From an uncultured Fibrobacterales bacterium (GTDB lineage: Bacteria; Fibrobacterota; Fibrobacteria; Fibrobacterales; CAWVXU01), in NCBI GenBank assembly GCA_963934255.1, contig CAWVXU010000059.1, positions 1 to 17,212 of the forward strand: 17,212 nucleotides of DNA, given 5' to 3'. This document shows positions 1 to 7,902 of the stretch, in pieces. Each line of letters begins with the position of its first letter. Position 1 is the first letter of the stretch. The notes below the pieces were generated by a model that saw only the letters and a list, made by a program, of their open reading frames with translations, ran no database searches and had not been told where the DNA came from. A program made the translations under genes and the position numbers.

Positions 1-1362
1 GCCGAGTTAGATCCGAATAATAATTTCAAACTTGAAATCAAATCATTTTTTAGTAAAGTTTGGAAAAGAGGACCATTAAGGTTCACTCCAAGTAGCTTGA
101 AGACGGCTCAACTTATTTTGAAGTTTAATTCAAAAATGAAATCTGATGAAGCATACAAGTTAGAGATTAAAGATAAAATCATTATCCAAGCCAAGACTGT
201 TGAAGGCCTATTTAGAGGGCTTACTAGTCTTAAGCAACTGATCGCTCCGGAGCTTAGAAAACGTAATGCCAAATTTAAATTGCGTCATCAAATCATTGAT
301 GACCAAGCAAAACATAGTTGGCGTGGAGTTATGGTGGATGTGAGTCGACATTTCTTCCCTATTCAGTATTTATTTGATTTAGTTGATCGTATGGCATACT
401 ACAAAATCAATAGGTTACACCTTCATTTGAGTGATGATCAAGGTTTTCGAATTGAAATTAAAAAGCACCCTAATTTAACCAAGTATGGTAGCACGAGTCA
501 AATCGGTGGAAAGCCTGGAGGTTACTATACTCAAAAACAATACAAAGCTCTTGTCAAATATGCTCAGGATCGTCACATCGTTGTTATTCCAGAAGTTGAT
601 ATGCCTGGACATGTATATGCTGCTCTAGCCTCAGTGCCTGAGCTTAATTGTAAAGGTTTCACCAATATAAAACCACATAACTCTGAAAAGAACCCACCTA
701 GACCACCTGAGTTATACACAGGAATTGGAGTGGGGTGGAACGGTCTTTGCTTGACCAAAAAGGAAAGTTTTGATTTCGCCACTGATGTAATCACTGAGCT
801 CGCTGAATTGACACCTGGCCCTTGGATTCATATAGGTGGTGATGAGATCAAAGACACAAATTACATCAAATTCATCCATCATGCTGATAGCATCATTCAT
901 CTGCAAGGAAAAATCACCATTGGTTGGGAAGAAGTTCTTCAAGCTAATCTACACAAAAACACAATTGCTCAGATTTGGAAACGAAAAAGTCATGGAAAAG
1001 GAAGAAACCTAGCTATTAAACATCAGGCTCCAGTTATTCTATCCCAGTGTGAATACTTTTATCTAGATCATGCTAATGTTGAAGGTCAACCTAGGACCAT
1101 GGATTGGTGCGCTAAAGACGTGACTCTTCGTGATTTATATACTTATAAAGAAAACCCTCAACTCAATACATTGGGTTTTGAATCTCCTGTTTGGACCGAA
1201 TTTGTCGATAGTGAAGCAGAGCTTGACAATCGTCTTTTTCCAAGACTTTTGGCTTTATCTGAACGTTCTTGGAGTCAAAATCTCGACTTCATTAATTTTG
1301 AAGAGCGTCTCAAGTCTCATCACTTTGACATGACTGAAATGGGCATTCATTTTTACAAATGA
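1..1362 (+). CDS. Glycoside hydrolase family 20 beta-N-acetylhexosaminidase (SpHex-like), 5'-truncated by the window edge
   Basis: Frame +1 is open from base 1 (AELDPNNNFK...), so the TTG at 97 is probably not the true start. GH20 motifs are present: WRGVMVDVSRHFF, HLHLSDDQGFRIE, PEVDMPGH, catalytic HIGGDE, YLD, WTE and PRLLALSERSWS. Motif order and the GGKPGGYYT / LNC...LYTG..VG...LC segments match my recollection of Streptomyces plicatus SpHex. Confidence 0.95.
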   Translation, partial: AELDPNNNFKLEIKSFFSKVWKRGPLRFTPSSLKTAQLILKFNSKMKSDEAYKLEIKDKIIIQAKTVEGLFRGLTSLKQLIAPELRKRNAKFKLRHQIIDDQAKHSWRGVMVDVSRHFFPIQYLFDLVDRMAYYKINRLHLHLSDDQGFRIEIKKHPNLTKYGSTSQIGGKPGGYYTQKQYKALVKYAQDRHIVVIPEVDMPGHVYAALASVPELNCKGFTNIKPHNSEKNPPRPPELYTGIGVGWNGLCLTKKESFDFATDVITELAELTPGPWIHIGGDEIKDTNYIKFIHHADSIIHLQGKITIGWEEVLQANLHKNTIAQIWKRKSHGKGRNLAIKHQAPVILSQCEYFYLDHANVEGQPRTMDWCAKDVTLRDLYTYKENPQLNTLGFESPVWTEFVDSEAELDNRLFPRLLALSERSWSQNLDFINFEERLKSHHFDMTEMGIHFYK

Positions 1363-1365
1363 ACT

Positions 1366-2283
1366 TTATAGATAATTTTCGCTAGCCAAGGCAATTCCGC
1401 CTTCAATCCCAGCTTGAGAGCCAAAGGATGAAATCACCATAGTTGGCAGTTGATAACCAGGGTATTTAACTCGAAGGTTGAGATGAGATTTCAGTTCCTT
1501 TAAAATAAAATCACCACTGCCAGTGAGACCACCTGCAAGTACAAGTAGGTCTGGATCAATAAGTGTTAATATGTTAGAAATTCCCACAGCAAATTGATCA
1601 AATGCAATCCTGAGAAGGTCGGTGGCTTTCTGGTACTGAGGGTGTTGTTTATCTTGTGCTGCTTCAAATAACTCAGGAACTCCACCAGGGAGTATTTGGC
1701 CGAGTGACTGAGTCATCGCGCGCTCAAGTCCCAACTTTGAAAATACAGTCTCTAAGCAACCTATACGCCCGCAACCACATTGAACACCCATCGGATCCAC
1801 AGTGATGTGCCCAGCCTCACCAGCAAAGCCTGAGCCACAGTAAATAGAACGATTAAGAATGATGCCAGCACCAACTCCAGTGCCTAGTGTGAGCATGACT
1901 AGATTAATAGATTGAAGTCCAGCAGGTGTAGTGAGTTCGGCATAGGCTGCAAGATTTGCATCATTAGTCCAGATGCTTGGACATTGAGTATTTTCAAGAA
2001 ACCAAGTGGTGAGATTAATACCCTGCCAATTAGGTAAATTAGGACTGCCCAATATAGTTGAATCAAAGCTCACAATACCAGGGAAACCACCAGCTATACC
2101 CAAACAATCCCCTTTAAGTGAGTTATTGAGTTCGGCCATATGAGCCACGATGGCCATGAGAACATTCTCAGGATCAGTTGAGCCTGTCTCTTGTTGGAAG
2201 ATGGTGCTTCTTGAGCCTTGATCATCTTGAGCTTGAGCTTTGAAGCTTGTACCACCGATATCTACACTCAATATCCAACTCAT
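1366..2283 (-). CDS. ROK-family sugar kinase (glucokinase / GlcNAc-kinase-like)
   Basis: ATP motif VDIGGT, NDANLAAYAE, ROK signature LTLGTGVGAGII...GFAGEAGH and Zn motif CGCGRIGCLE. There is no N-terminal HTH, so this is a kinase rather than a ROK repressor. The start overlaps the upstream HAD stop (ATGA at 2280-2283). Confidence 0.93.
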   Translation of the reverse strand: MSWILSVDIGGTSFKAQAQDDQGSRSTIFQQETGSTDPENVLMAIVAHMAELNNSLKGDCLGIAGGFPGIVSFDSTILGSPNLPNWQGINLTTWFLENTQCPSIWTNDANLAAYAELTTPAGLQSINLVMLTLGTGVGAGIILNRSIYCGSGFAGEAGHITVDPMGVQCGCGRIGCLETVFSKLGLERAMTQSLGQILPGGVPELFEAAQDKQHPQYQKATDLLRIAFDQFAVGISNILTLIDPDLLVLAGGLTGSGDFILKELKSHLNLRVKYPGYQLPTMVISSFGSQAGIEGGIALASENYL

Positions 2284-2909
2284 AATAACCTGCCTAAATA
2301 TTTTTTAATTTCTTGATGAAATTGTACTTCATTTTGGTAGTGGATACAATGCCAATTTCGTAAACTAGCAGCTTGAATATTTTCAAGTTTATCATCAATA
2401 AAGAGTATTTCATTACCTTTTGAATTTGTTCGTTTTTCTAAAAGATGATAAATCTCTGGACTAGGCTTGGCACACGCTTCAAAGCAAGAATATATTTGGG
2501 TTTTAAAAAGTTGTTCAAAGCCCCAGTTTTTAAATAAATGAGTGGTTTGAGGTTCAGTATTACTGAGAAGAGCTAGATTGTAATTGTGAGATTTTAATTT
2601 TGCGACTAGCTTAAGAGTATCCCATTTTTTAATAAATATTTTGCGACAGGCGTTGAACCAAACATGAGTTGCTTTCTCACAATTGTATTTTGATTCATGG
2701 CCTAGGTCAATTAAAATTAACTCATAAAATTTTTCAACACTTATGATACCTCGCTCATATTCACTGAAGTGATTGAGGTAGGGAGGCTTAAAAGATTTCA
2801 CTGAAATATCCCAGGCCGCCGCTGATTCTTCTAATAATCCTTGAGCAGGATTATGAACTAATACACCGCCAACATCAAATACGATAGTTCTAATAGTGAG
2901 TGTTTTCAA
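2280..2909 (-). CDS. HAD-superfamily phosphatase, YihX (glucose-1-phosphatase)-like subfamily IA
   Basis: Motif I FDVGGVL, motif II LSNT, motif III AKPSPEIY and motif IV FIDDKLENIQAA. The TTG start is preceded by a GAGG SD-like sequence. Confidence 0.9.
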   Translation of the reverse strand: MKTLTIRTIVFDVGGVLVHNPAQGLLEESAAAWDISVKSFKPPYLNHFSEYERGIISVEKFYELILIDLGHESKYNCEKATHVWFNACRKIFIKKWDTLKLVAKLKSHNYNLALLSNTEPQTTHLFKNWGFEQLFKTQIYSCFEACAKPSPEIYHLLEKRTNSKGNEILFIDDKLENIQAASLRNWHCIHYQNEVQFHQEIKKYLGRLL

Positions 2910-2955
2910 ATGAACCTCGATTTAAGATAAAGATGATTAAAAAATTGTTTTTCAA

Positions 2956-2986
2956 ATACGCAGAAAAGAGCAGAGATTCTGCGTAT
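2956..2986. promoter_or_regulatory. Perfect 10-bp inverted repeat (ATACGCAGAA-N11-TTCTGCGTAT), candidate operator in the divergent HAD/MFS intergenic region
   Basis: Arms 2956-2965 and 2977-2986 are exact reverse complements. There is no following T-tract and the repeat lies between divergent genes, so it is not terminator-like. Confidence 0.6.
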
Positions 2987-2994
2987 GCTATTAT
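2986..2994 (+). promoter_or_regulatory. Candidate extended -10 promoter element (TGcTATTAT) for the MFS gene
   Basis: One mismatch to TGnTATAAT. It ends 23 nt before the GTG at 3018, and a GGAGG SD lies at 3009-3013. The AT-rich context lowers specificity. Confidence 0.45.
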
Positions 2995-3017
2995 AAATTT
3001 AATCTATCGGAGGACTT

Positions 3018-4217
3018 GTGACTACACAAAGAAATACCAAGGAATTCATAGCAATGATTGCGCTTCTTACGGCTCTTGGAGCGCTTGCTATTGATAGTAT
3101 ACTTCCTGCGATGGGTGTCATGAGTCAAGAGTTTGGTGTAGGTGTTGACAGGCGCCACTTTCTTATATCGGCTTTAATATTTGGAATGTCAATTGGACAG
3201 TTAATCTATGGTCCGTTAGCTGATTCTCATGGACGAAAGCCTAGTTTATTTTTAGGTCTGAGTATATTCTTACTAGGTAGTGTTTTGGCATTATTCTCAG
3301 CTAATTTTACAATGATTATAATCGCAAGATTCTTACAAGGCCTAGGTGTTGCTTCATCAAGAGTTGTGACAGGTGCAATCATACGAGATAGTTACTCTGG
3401 TGCAGCCATGGCTCAGATTATGTCTTTTTCAATGTCTGTATTTATTCTTGTCCCAATTATTGCTCCAGCTCTTGGTCAGGGCATCTTGGTTTGGGCTTCG
3501 TGGCGATATATTTTTGCGTTCATGATATTAATTGGCATACTGGCTGCTATATGGTTTGGACTGCTACAGGAGGAAACTCTAACAAAAGAAAAGAAACAAG
3601 AATTAAGTTTGAAAAAATATTTTCAAGCGCTTAAAACTGTGATTTCAAATCGTCAAACCATAGGCTTTACTATGGCTTCAGGTACAGTTTTTGGTGGATT
3701 CCTTGGTTATTTAACTGTCATCCAAAGTGTTTTTGATGACATTTATCATTTGGGTAATAAGTTTGCTTTATACTTTGGGATTTTGGCCTTTGTCTTTGGA
3801 TTTGCCTTCATACTTAATGCGAAAATGGTGATGAGGTTTTCTATGGTTAATATTTCAAAATTTGCTGTTTGGGGAGTGTTGATATTTTCAATTAATTTTT
3901 ATGGATTTTTTACTTTTGGTTCCGAAATTAGCGTGAATCTTTTAACTGTACTGCTAGCGCCAATTTTCTTTTGTGTCGCACTGGTCTTTGGGAATCTAAA
4001 TGCACTAGCGATGGTTCCTATGGGTCAAATTGCCGGTTCGGCTTCGTCATTAATTGGCTCAATATCTACATTTATTTCGGTCCCTGTCGGGGCTTGGGTG
4101 GGTTCTAACTTTGACAATACACTCTGGAGTTTGAGTGTCGGATTTCTTGTGACAGCGCCTCTTAGTTTGGCTTTAGTCTATTGGGCTTCTTATCAAGCCG
4201 ATGAGAGTAAAACTTAG
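3018..4217 (+). CDS. MFS multidrug efflux transporter, Bcr/CflA (DHA1) family
   Basis: About 12 hydrophobic segments, the N-terminal motif ALAIDSILPA, motif A variant GPLADSHGRKP, ARFLQGLG, IIRDSY and PIIAPALG. GTG start with GGAGG SD. Confidence 0.93.
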   Translation: MTTQRNTKEFIAMIALLTALGALAIDSILPAMGVMSQEFGVGVDRRHFLISALIFGMSIGQLIYGPLADSHGRKPSLFLGLSIFLLGSVLALFSANFTMIIIARFLQGLGVASSRVVTGAIIRDSYSGAAMAQIMSFSMSVFILVPIIAPALGQGILVWASWRYIFAFMILIGILAAIWFGLLQEETLTKEKKQELSLKKYFQALKTVISNRQTIGFTMASGTVFGGFLGYLTVIQSVFDDIYHLGNKFALYFGILAFVFGFAFILNAKMVMRFSMVNISKFAVWGVLIFSINFYGFFTFGSEISVNLLTVLLAPIFFCVALVFGNLNALAMVPMGQIAGSASSLIGSISTFISVPVGAWVGSNFDNTLWSLSVGFLVTAPLSLALVYWASYQADESKT

Positions 4218-4276
4218 CCATCACAGAATTTGAAAAAAATGCCTATCGCTTCTAAGCCAGGTGGACAAATTGGGGA

Positions 4277-4759
4277 TCAATTCTTGCCTTTATTTAAAAC
4301 AGTAGTCAATCTACTTTTGAGATTATCTGGTACCTTGGCGATAAATCGAGATGAGTTATGATTATTTGGCAGATTACAGTGAGGGATTGGTTTCCATCGG
4401 TGTCTATTTTGAGCAACATACTCATATACTTTATCTCTTAGGTTTTTTGGAATTATCCAACTCCATTTAAGGGCTTTCCAGGGATATCGTAGATGCTTTG
4501 AAATTTCAATTGCCGCGGAAGATTTTGTAAAGATCTTATCTTGATAAAGGAAGCCAATTGTTTGAAATTCATTAGCAAAATTGTCGTCTGGAACAAAACG
4601 AATAAGTGCTTCCTCTAATCCCTTATTGTTCATTTCGTACTTTAGTATGAACTGCACTGAAGTTTGGCATAAACCACAACTTCCATCATAGATGACTAAT
4701 GGAGTTTCTTGTCCTAGGGTGTTAGATTGTTGTTTGCGATTCATATTCTTAGTATTCAT
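4277..4759 (-). CDS. DCC1-like / DUF393 (YuxK-like) thiol-disulfide oxidoreductase family protein
   Basis: N-terminal IYDGSCGLC (DxxCxxC), KSSAAIEI and the C-terminal P..LRDKVYEYVAQNRHRW motif typical of the family. The exact start Met is uncertain. Confidence 0.88.
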   Translation of the reverse strand: MNTKNMNRKQQSNTLGQETPLVIYDGSCGLCQTSVQFILKYEMNNKGLEEALIRFVPDDNFANEFQTIGFLYQDKIFTKSSAAIEISKHLRYPWKALKWSWIIPKNLRDKVYEYVAQNRHRWKPIPHCNLPNNHNSSRFIAKVPDNLKSRLTTVLNKGKN

Positions 4760-4846
4760 TGACTAAATAAACAATTTTTGAACAAGAAAAACCTCATTTT
4801 CATTGAGAAAACCAATTCTACGAGTAAAAAGGGTACTTTTAGAGCT

Positions 4847-6613
4847 ATGATTCAAATTATAATTATCCTAAGCTTAAGTGTCTTTAGTACAACTGTTTTT
4901 AGTTTTGAAAATCCGAGTGAATTCGGTGTTATTAATCAGATAAGTCGAGTCGGTGATTGCCATGATGTGGTTTTTAATGATTCTTGGGGTGAACTAAACC
5001 ATTGGACCCAATCACAGTGTCCCAATCAAGATTATCAATATCAAATCAATGCTAATGATTTTGCAAATCTCCTTTTTGGCTTAAATGGAATTTTTACAAA
5101 TAAAGTTTCTGAGGATGAGCGTGAGTGGATTTTAAAAGATGCGAATTATCTTTTTCACCGAATTGTGAATGCGGACCTAACCTCAAGCTTTATTAAAACC
5201 CCTCGCCAACTTACTCAACTTCTCAGCGAACTCGAGGATAAACATTCGTTTAGATATTCGATGTTATATCAAGCATTCCAGGCAAATTCTAATTTAATTC
5301 AATGTTTGAAGCCATACGCCCTGCCCAAGCCTTGGCTTAGCCAAACTTCCAAGATGAAAGATGATACCTATTATTACAACGGTGACCTTTTAGGGTTTTA
5401 TTCTGAAGCTTTTTATAGTGTCAAGCCTGAGTTTAAACAACTTTTGGAAACAGACCATCAAGGCGTGAGTACAGAATTTCACATCCCCTATAGTAGTGAT
5501 TTTGATCAAGGGATATACTTGTGGCTAGTAGACAGTTGTGGACTTGCTTTCAGACAAAAAATAAATCCAAAATGGAACTGGCAGCCAAGCTTTCAAAGTA
5601 TCTTAAGTCGCGACATTAATGGCGATACCTACACAGATGCAATTGATTTGCATTCTGTTGATTTAGTTGATTCATTAAAGAACTGGCAATCAATTGAGGT
5701 TATAAATACTGACAATCAAGAAGTTATTTTAAAGACAGAAAATTGGATCATCATAGATTCAAATAATTCAATTGTCAGAGTGCTATTTAATCAAGAATTA
5801 ACTGATGAGTTACAAGGCACTTTAAAATTACATCTCCAAACAACTCATGGAACTCGAGAGCACATTGTGCAAGATGGAGTTGCACCAGCCTTAAGAGAGG
5901 CAAAAGTTGTAAAGAAAAATCTTCGACTTAAGTTTAGCGAAGAAATTGTTGTGAGCTCAACTACACTTGCTGAATTTAGTTTGTTTTTTGAAGGCTTTGA
6001 ATTCAAGCCACAGAGCATTTCACATCAAACTTCTGAGTCAATAATTGTGACTCCTCCTAGTTATCTTAATGTCAAGCCAGGTGATTCTATACGAGTGGAT
6101 AAAGGCCTAGTAGATCGAGGTGCGTCTTTGCCAGTGAGCAAAAACATAGTGATGGTTTCAGGTCAAATTAACGCAAATATGATGCAATCTAAAGTACGAA
6201 TGAAAGCACTCAATGCTCGTCCTAAGAATTTCAGTAACAAAAAATTAAACAATTATAAATTTTCTCTAGACGCTCCAAAGCATTTTAAAAACCAACCACT
6301 CATGTGGATTGATATTCTTATACCACCTGATACAACCAAAAACCCTTCGTGGAATTTTGAAATTGATATTTTTGATCATTCAGGGCAAGTTGTGCTCAAT
6401 CAGAGATTAACTCTAAGTTGTGATGAAATTAATTTGAATGAAATTCATTGTGATAAGTCAAACGTGCTACCTTTCTGGGTATCTCTGCCTTGGAATATGA
6501 GAAGCTCTGATCAACAGCTTGCTGCAATCGGGGCTTATATACTGCAAATTAAAATTCAGACAAGTACTCAGGTAGTTTTAAATAAAAGATATCATTTCGG
6601 CCTTACGCCTTAA
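4847..6613 (+). CDS. Uncharacterised secreted/surface protein with a Fibrobacter-type C-terminal region
   Basis: The ATG at 4847 gives a signal-peptide-like start (MIQIIIILSLSVFSTTVFS), preferred over the ORF-track TTG at 4778. Internal motifs DINGDTYTD, DGVAP, LKFSEEI and PGDSIR, and the C-terminal IDIFDHSGQVV...C...C...WNMRSSDQQLAAIGAYIL, recall Fibrobacter surface proteins and FlgD-Ig-like tails. CDS status is secure; the product call is tentative. Confidence 0.6.
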   Translation: MIQIIIILSLSVFSTTVFSFENPSEFGVINQISRVGDCHDVVFNDSWGELNHWTQSQCPNQDYQYQINANDFANLLFGLNGIFTNKVSEDEREWILKDANYLFHRIVNADLTSSFIKTPRQLTQLLSELEDKHSFRYSMLYQAFQANSNLIQCLKPYALPKPWLSQTSKMKDDTYYYNGDLLGFYSEAFYSVKPEFKQLLETDHQGVSTEFHIPYSSDFDQGIYLWLVDSCGLAFRQKINPKWNWQPSFQSILSRDINGDTYTDAIDLHSVDLVDSLKNWQSIEVINTDNQEVILKTENWIIIDSNNSIVRVLFNQELTDELQGTLKLHLQTTHGTREHIVQDGVAPALREAKVVKKNLRLKFSEEIVVSSTTLAEFSLFFEGFEFKPQSISHQTSESIIVTPPSYLNVKPGDSIRVDKGLVDRGASLPVSKNIVMVSGQINANMMQSKVRMKALNARPKNFSNKKLNNYKFSLDAPKHFKNQPLMWIDILIPPDTTKNPSWNFEIDIFDHSGQVVLNQRLTLSCDEINLNEIHCDKSNVLPFWVSLPWNMRSSDQQLAAIGAYILQIKIQTSTQVVLNKRYHFGLTP

Positions 6614-6680
6614 TATAACCTTAGTTGGACGTGTCTTTTAGTTGTCTGTCTTTAATGACCTAAGCTTTAACAGTCAAAGT

Positions 6681-7898
6681 CTAGGATATAAGATTAAAAA
6701 TCTTTTGATTAAGTTTTGTATGCCCAAGTTTCATTGAGGAAGAAATAAAGTTACTCGTGGAAAAATCCTCAAGTTCGAGTATTTCAAAATTAAAATCACT
6801 ATCTTTTACATCTAAAATTTCGACTTGAATATTGAGCTGATGTCTTGTAATTCTATGAGGAAATTGACCCAATAGTTGTATGTCTGGAGATTTATCAGAC
6901 CAAGAGTTCTTTGAAAAAGGAGCAGTTAGATTTCTACTAATAAATGAAAACTCAGAATTATGACACAAATAGAGCTTTGAGTTTTGTCGCAAGACTAAAG
7001 CATATAAGTCTAGCTTGATTGTAGGTGGTCGTATTTTGGGCGGTGGATAGAGTTCAATCTTCTGAAGTTTAAAGCTAGGGCAGTATTTGTTAATTGGACA
7101 TTCGGGACAATGGGGGTTGCTTGGCTTACATATTTTGGCGCCAAATTCCATGATAGCTTCATTCACGATTTGAGGCTCTGGGTGTTGGGCCCAATCTTTA
7201 GCTTTTTGCCAATAAATGTTTGTTTCTGACTTTTTTGTCGGAAATAGCGGGATTCGATAGAGTCGGCTGAGGACTCGTATACAATTACCGTCGAGTATAG
7301 CCTCATGAAGGCCCATTGAAAGACTTAATATAGCTCCGGCAGTGTACTCACCTATTCCCGGCAGAGAAAGTAGTGCCGGACGGTCGCAAGGGAAGATTCC
7401 ATTGTATTTTGTCATTAGTATTTGGGCAGTTTTGTGGATATTTCGAGCACGGCTATAATACCCAAGGCCGGTCCATAGTTCAAGAACTTCGTCTTGAGTC
7501 GCTTGTGCCAAAACCTCAATGCTAGGAAATGCATTCATCCAGCTCGTGAAGTAATTGATAACTGTAACAACTTGGGTCTGCTGAAGCATGATTTCTGAAA
7601 TCCATGTAGCATAAGGGTCTCGAATAAGCTGAGTCTTTTGAAGGGAGCCAAAGTTATAAGCAGGGTCAAAGCTTGAGTTTGAGTCTGATTCAAGTTCATC
7701 TTTGGAGTTTTTATTAGTAGCTCGATCATAAGAGCTTGTGCGCTCCCATAATTTACTTGACTTATAAGGCTCTCGCCAAGGCAATACCCTGGATTCTTTT
7801 TGAAACCAAAGTACTAATGCGGCTTGAAGTTTGAGTAGATTTTTGGAAGTGAATTGAAACTCAGCTATCTCTCTATCTACTGGGGGTATTTTAGCCAA
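6681..7898 (-). CDS. mutY: A/G-specific adenine DNA glycosylase MutY
   Basis: LPWR, DPYATWISEIMLQQTQV (catalytic Glu), WTGLGYYSRARN, HhH LPGIGEYTAGAI, LDGN (catalytic Asp) and the [4Fe-4S] motif C-X6-C-X2-C-X5-C (CKPSNPHCPECPINKYC). The C-terminal domain is divergent and contains HRITRH. Confidence 0.95.
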   Translation of the reverse strand: MAKIPPVDREIAEFQFTSKNLLKLQAALVLWFQKESRVLPWREPYKSSKLWERTSSYDRATNKNSKDELESDSNSSFDPAYNFGSLQKTQLIRDPYATWISEIMLQQTQVVTVINYFTSWMNAFPSIEVLAQATQDEVLELWTGLGYYSRARNIHKTAQILMTKYNGIFPCDRPALLSLPGIGEYTAGAILSLSMGLHEAILDGNCIRVLSRLYRIPLFPTKKSETNIYWQKAKDWAQHPEPQIVNEAIMEFGAKICKPSNPHCPECPINKYCPSFKLQKIELYPPPKIRPPTIKLDLYALVLRQNSKLYLCHNSEFSFISRNLTAPFSKNSWSDKSPDIQLLGQFPHRITRHQLNIQVEILDVKDSDFNFEILELEDFSTSNFISSSMKLGHTKLNQKIFNLIS

Positions 7899-7902
7899 AG
7901 TA

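Noticed and set aside
4778..4846. ORF-track N-terminal extension of the 611-aa protein (likewise 15506-15550 for the Omp85)
   Set aside because: Downstream ATGs (4847 and 15551) place signal peptides at the N-terminus. The extensions more likely belong to the divergent promoter regions.
6614..6680. Imperfect direct repeat (TTAGTTG...TGTCTTT twice) or terminator between convergent genes
   Set aside because: Short, AT-rich and unevenly spaced, with no stable GC stem. Compatible with chance.
7623..7772. MutY insertion as an intein or mobile element
   Set aside because: It is too short, lacks a Cys/Ser start with a His-Asn end, and shows no convincing terminal inverted repeats or target duplication. 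It is kept only as a loop insertion.
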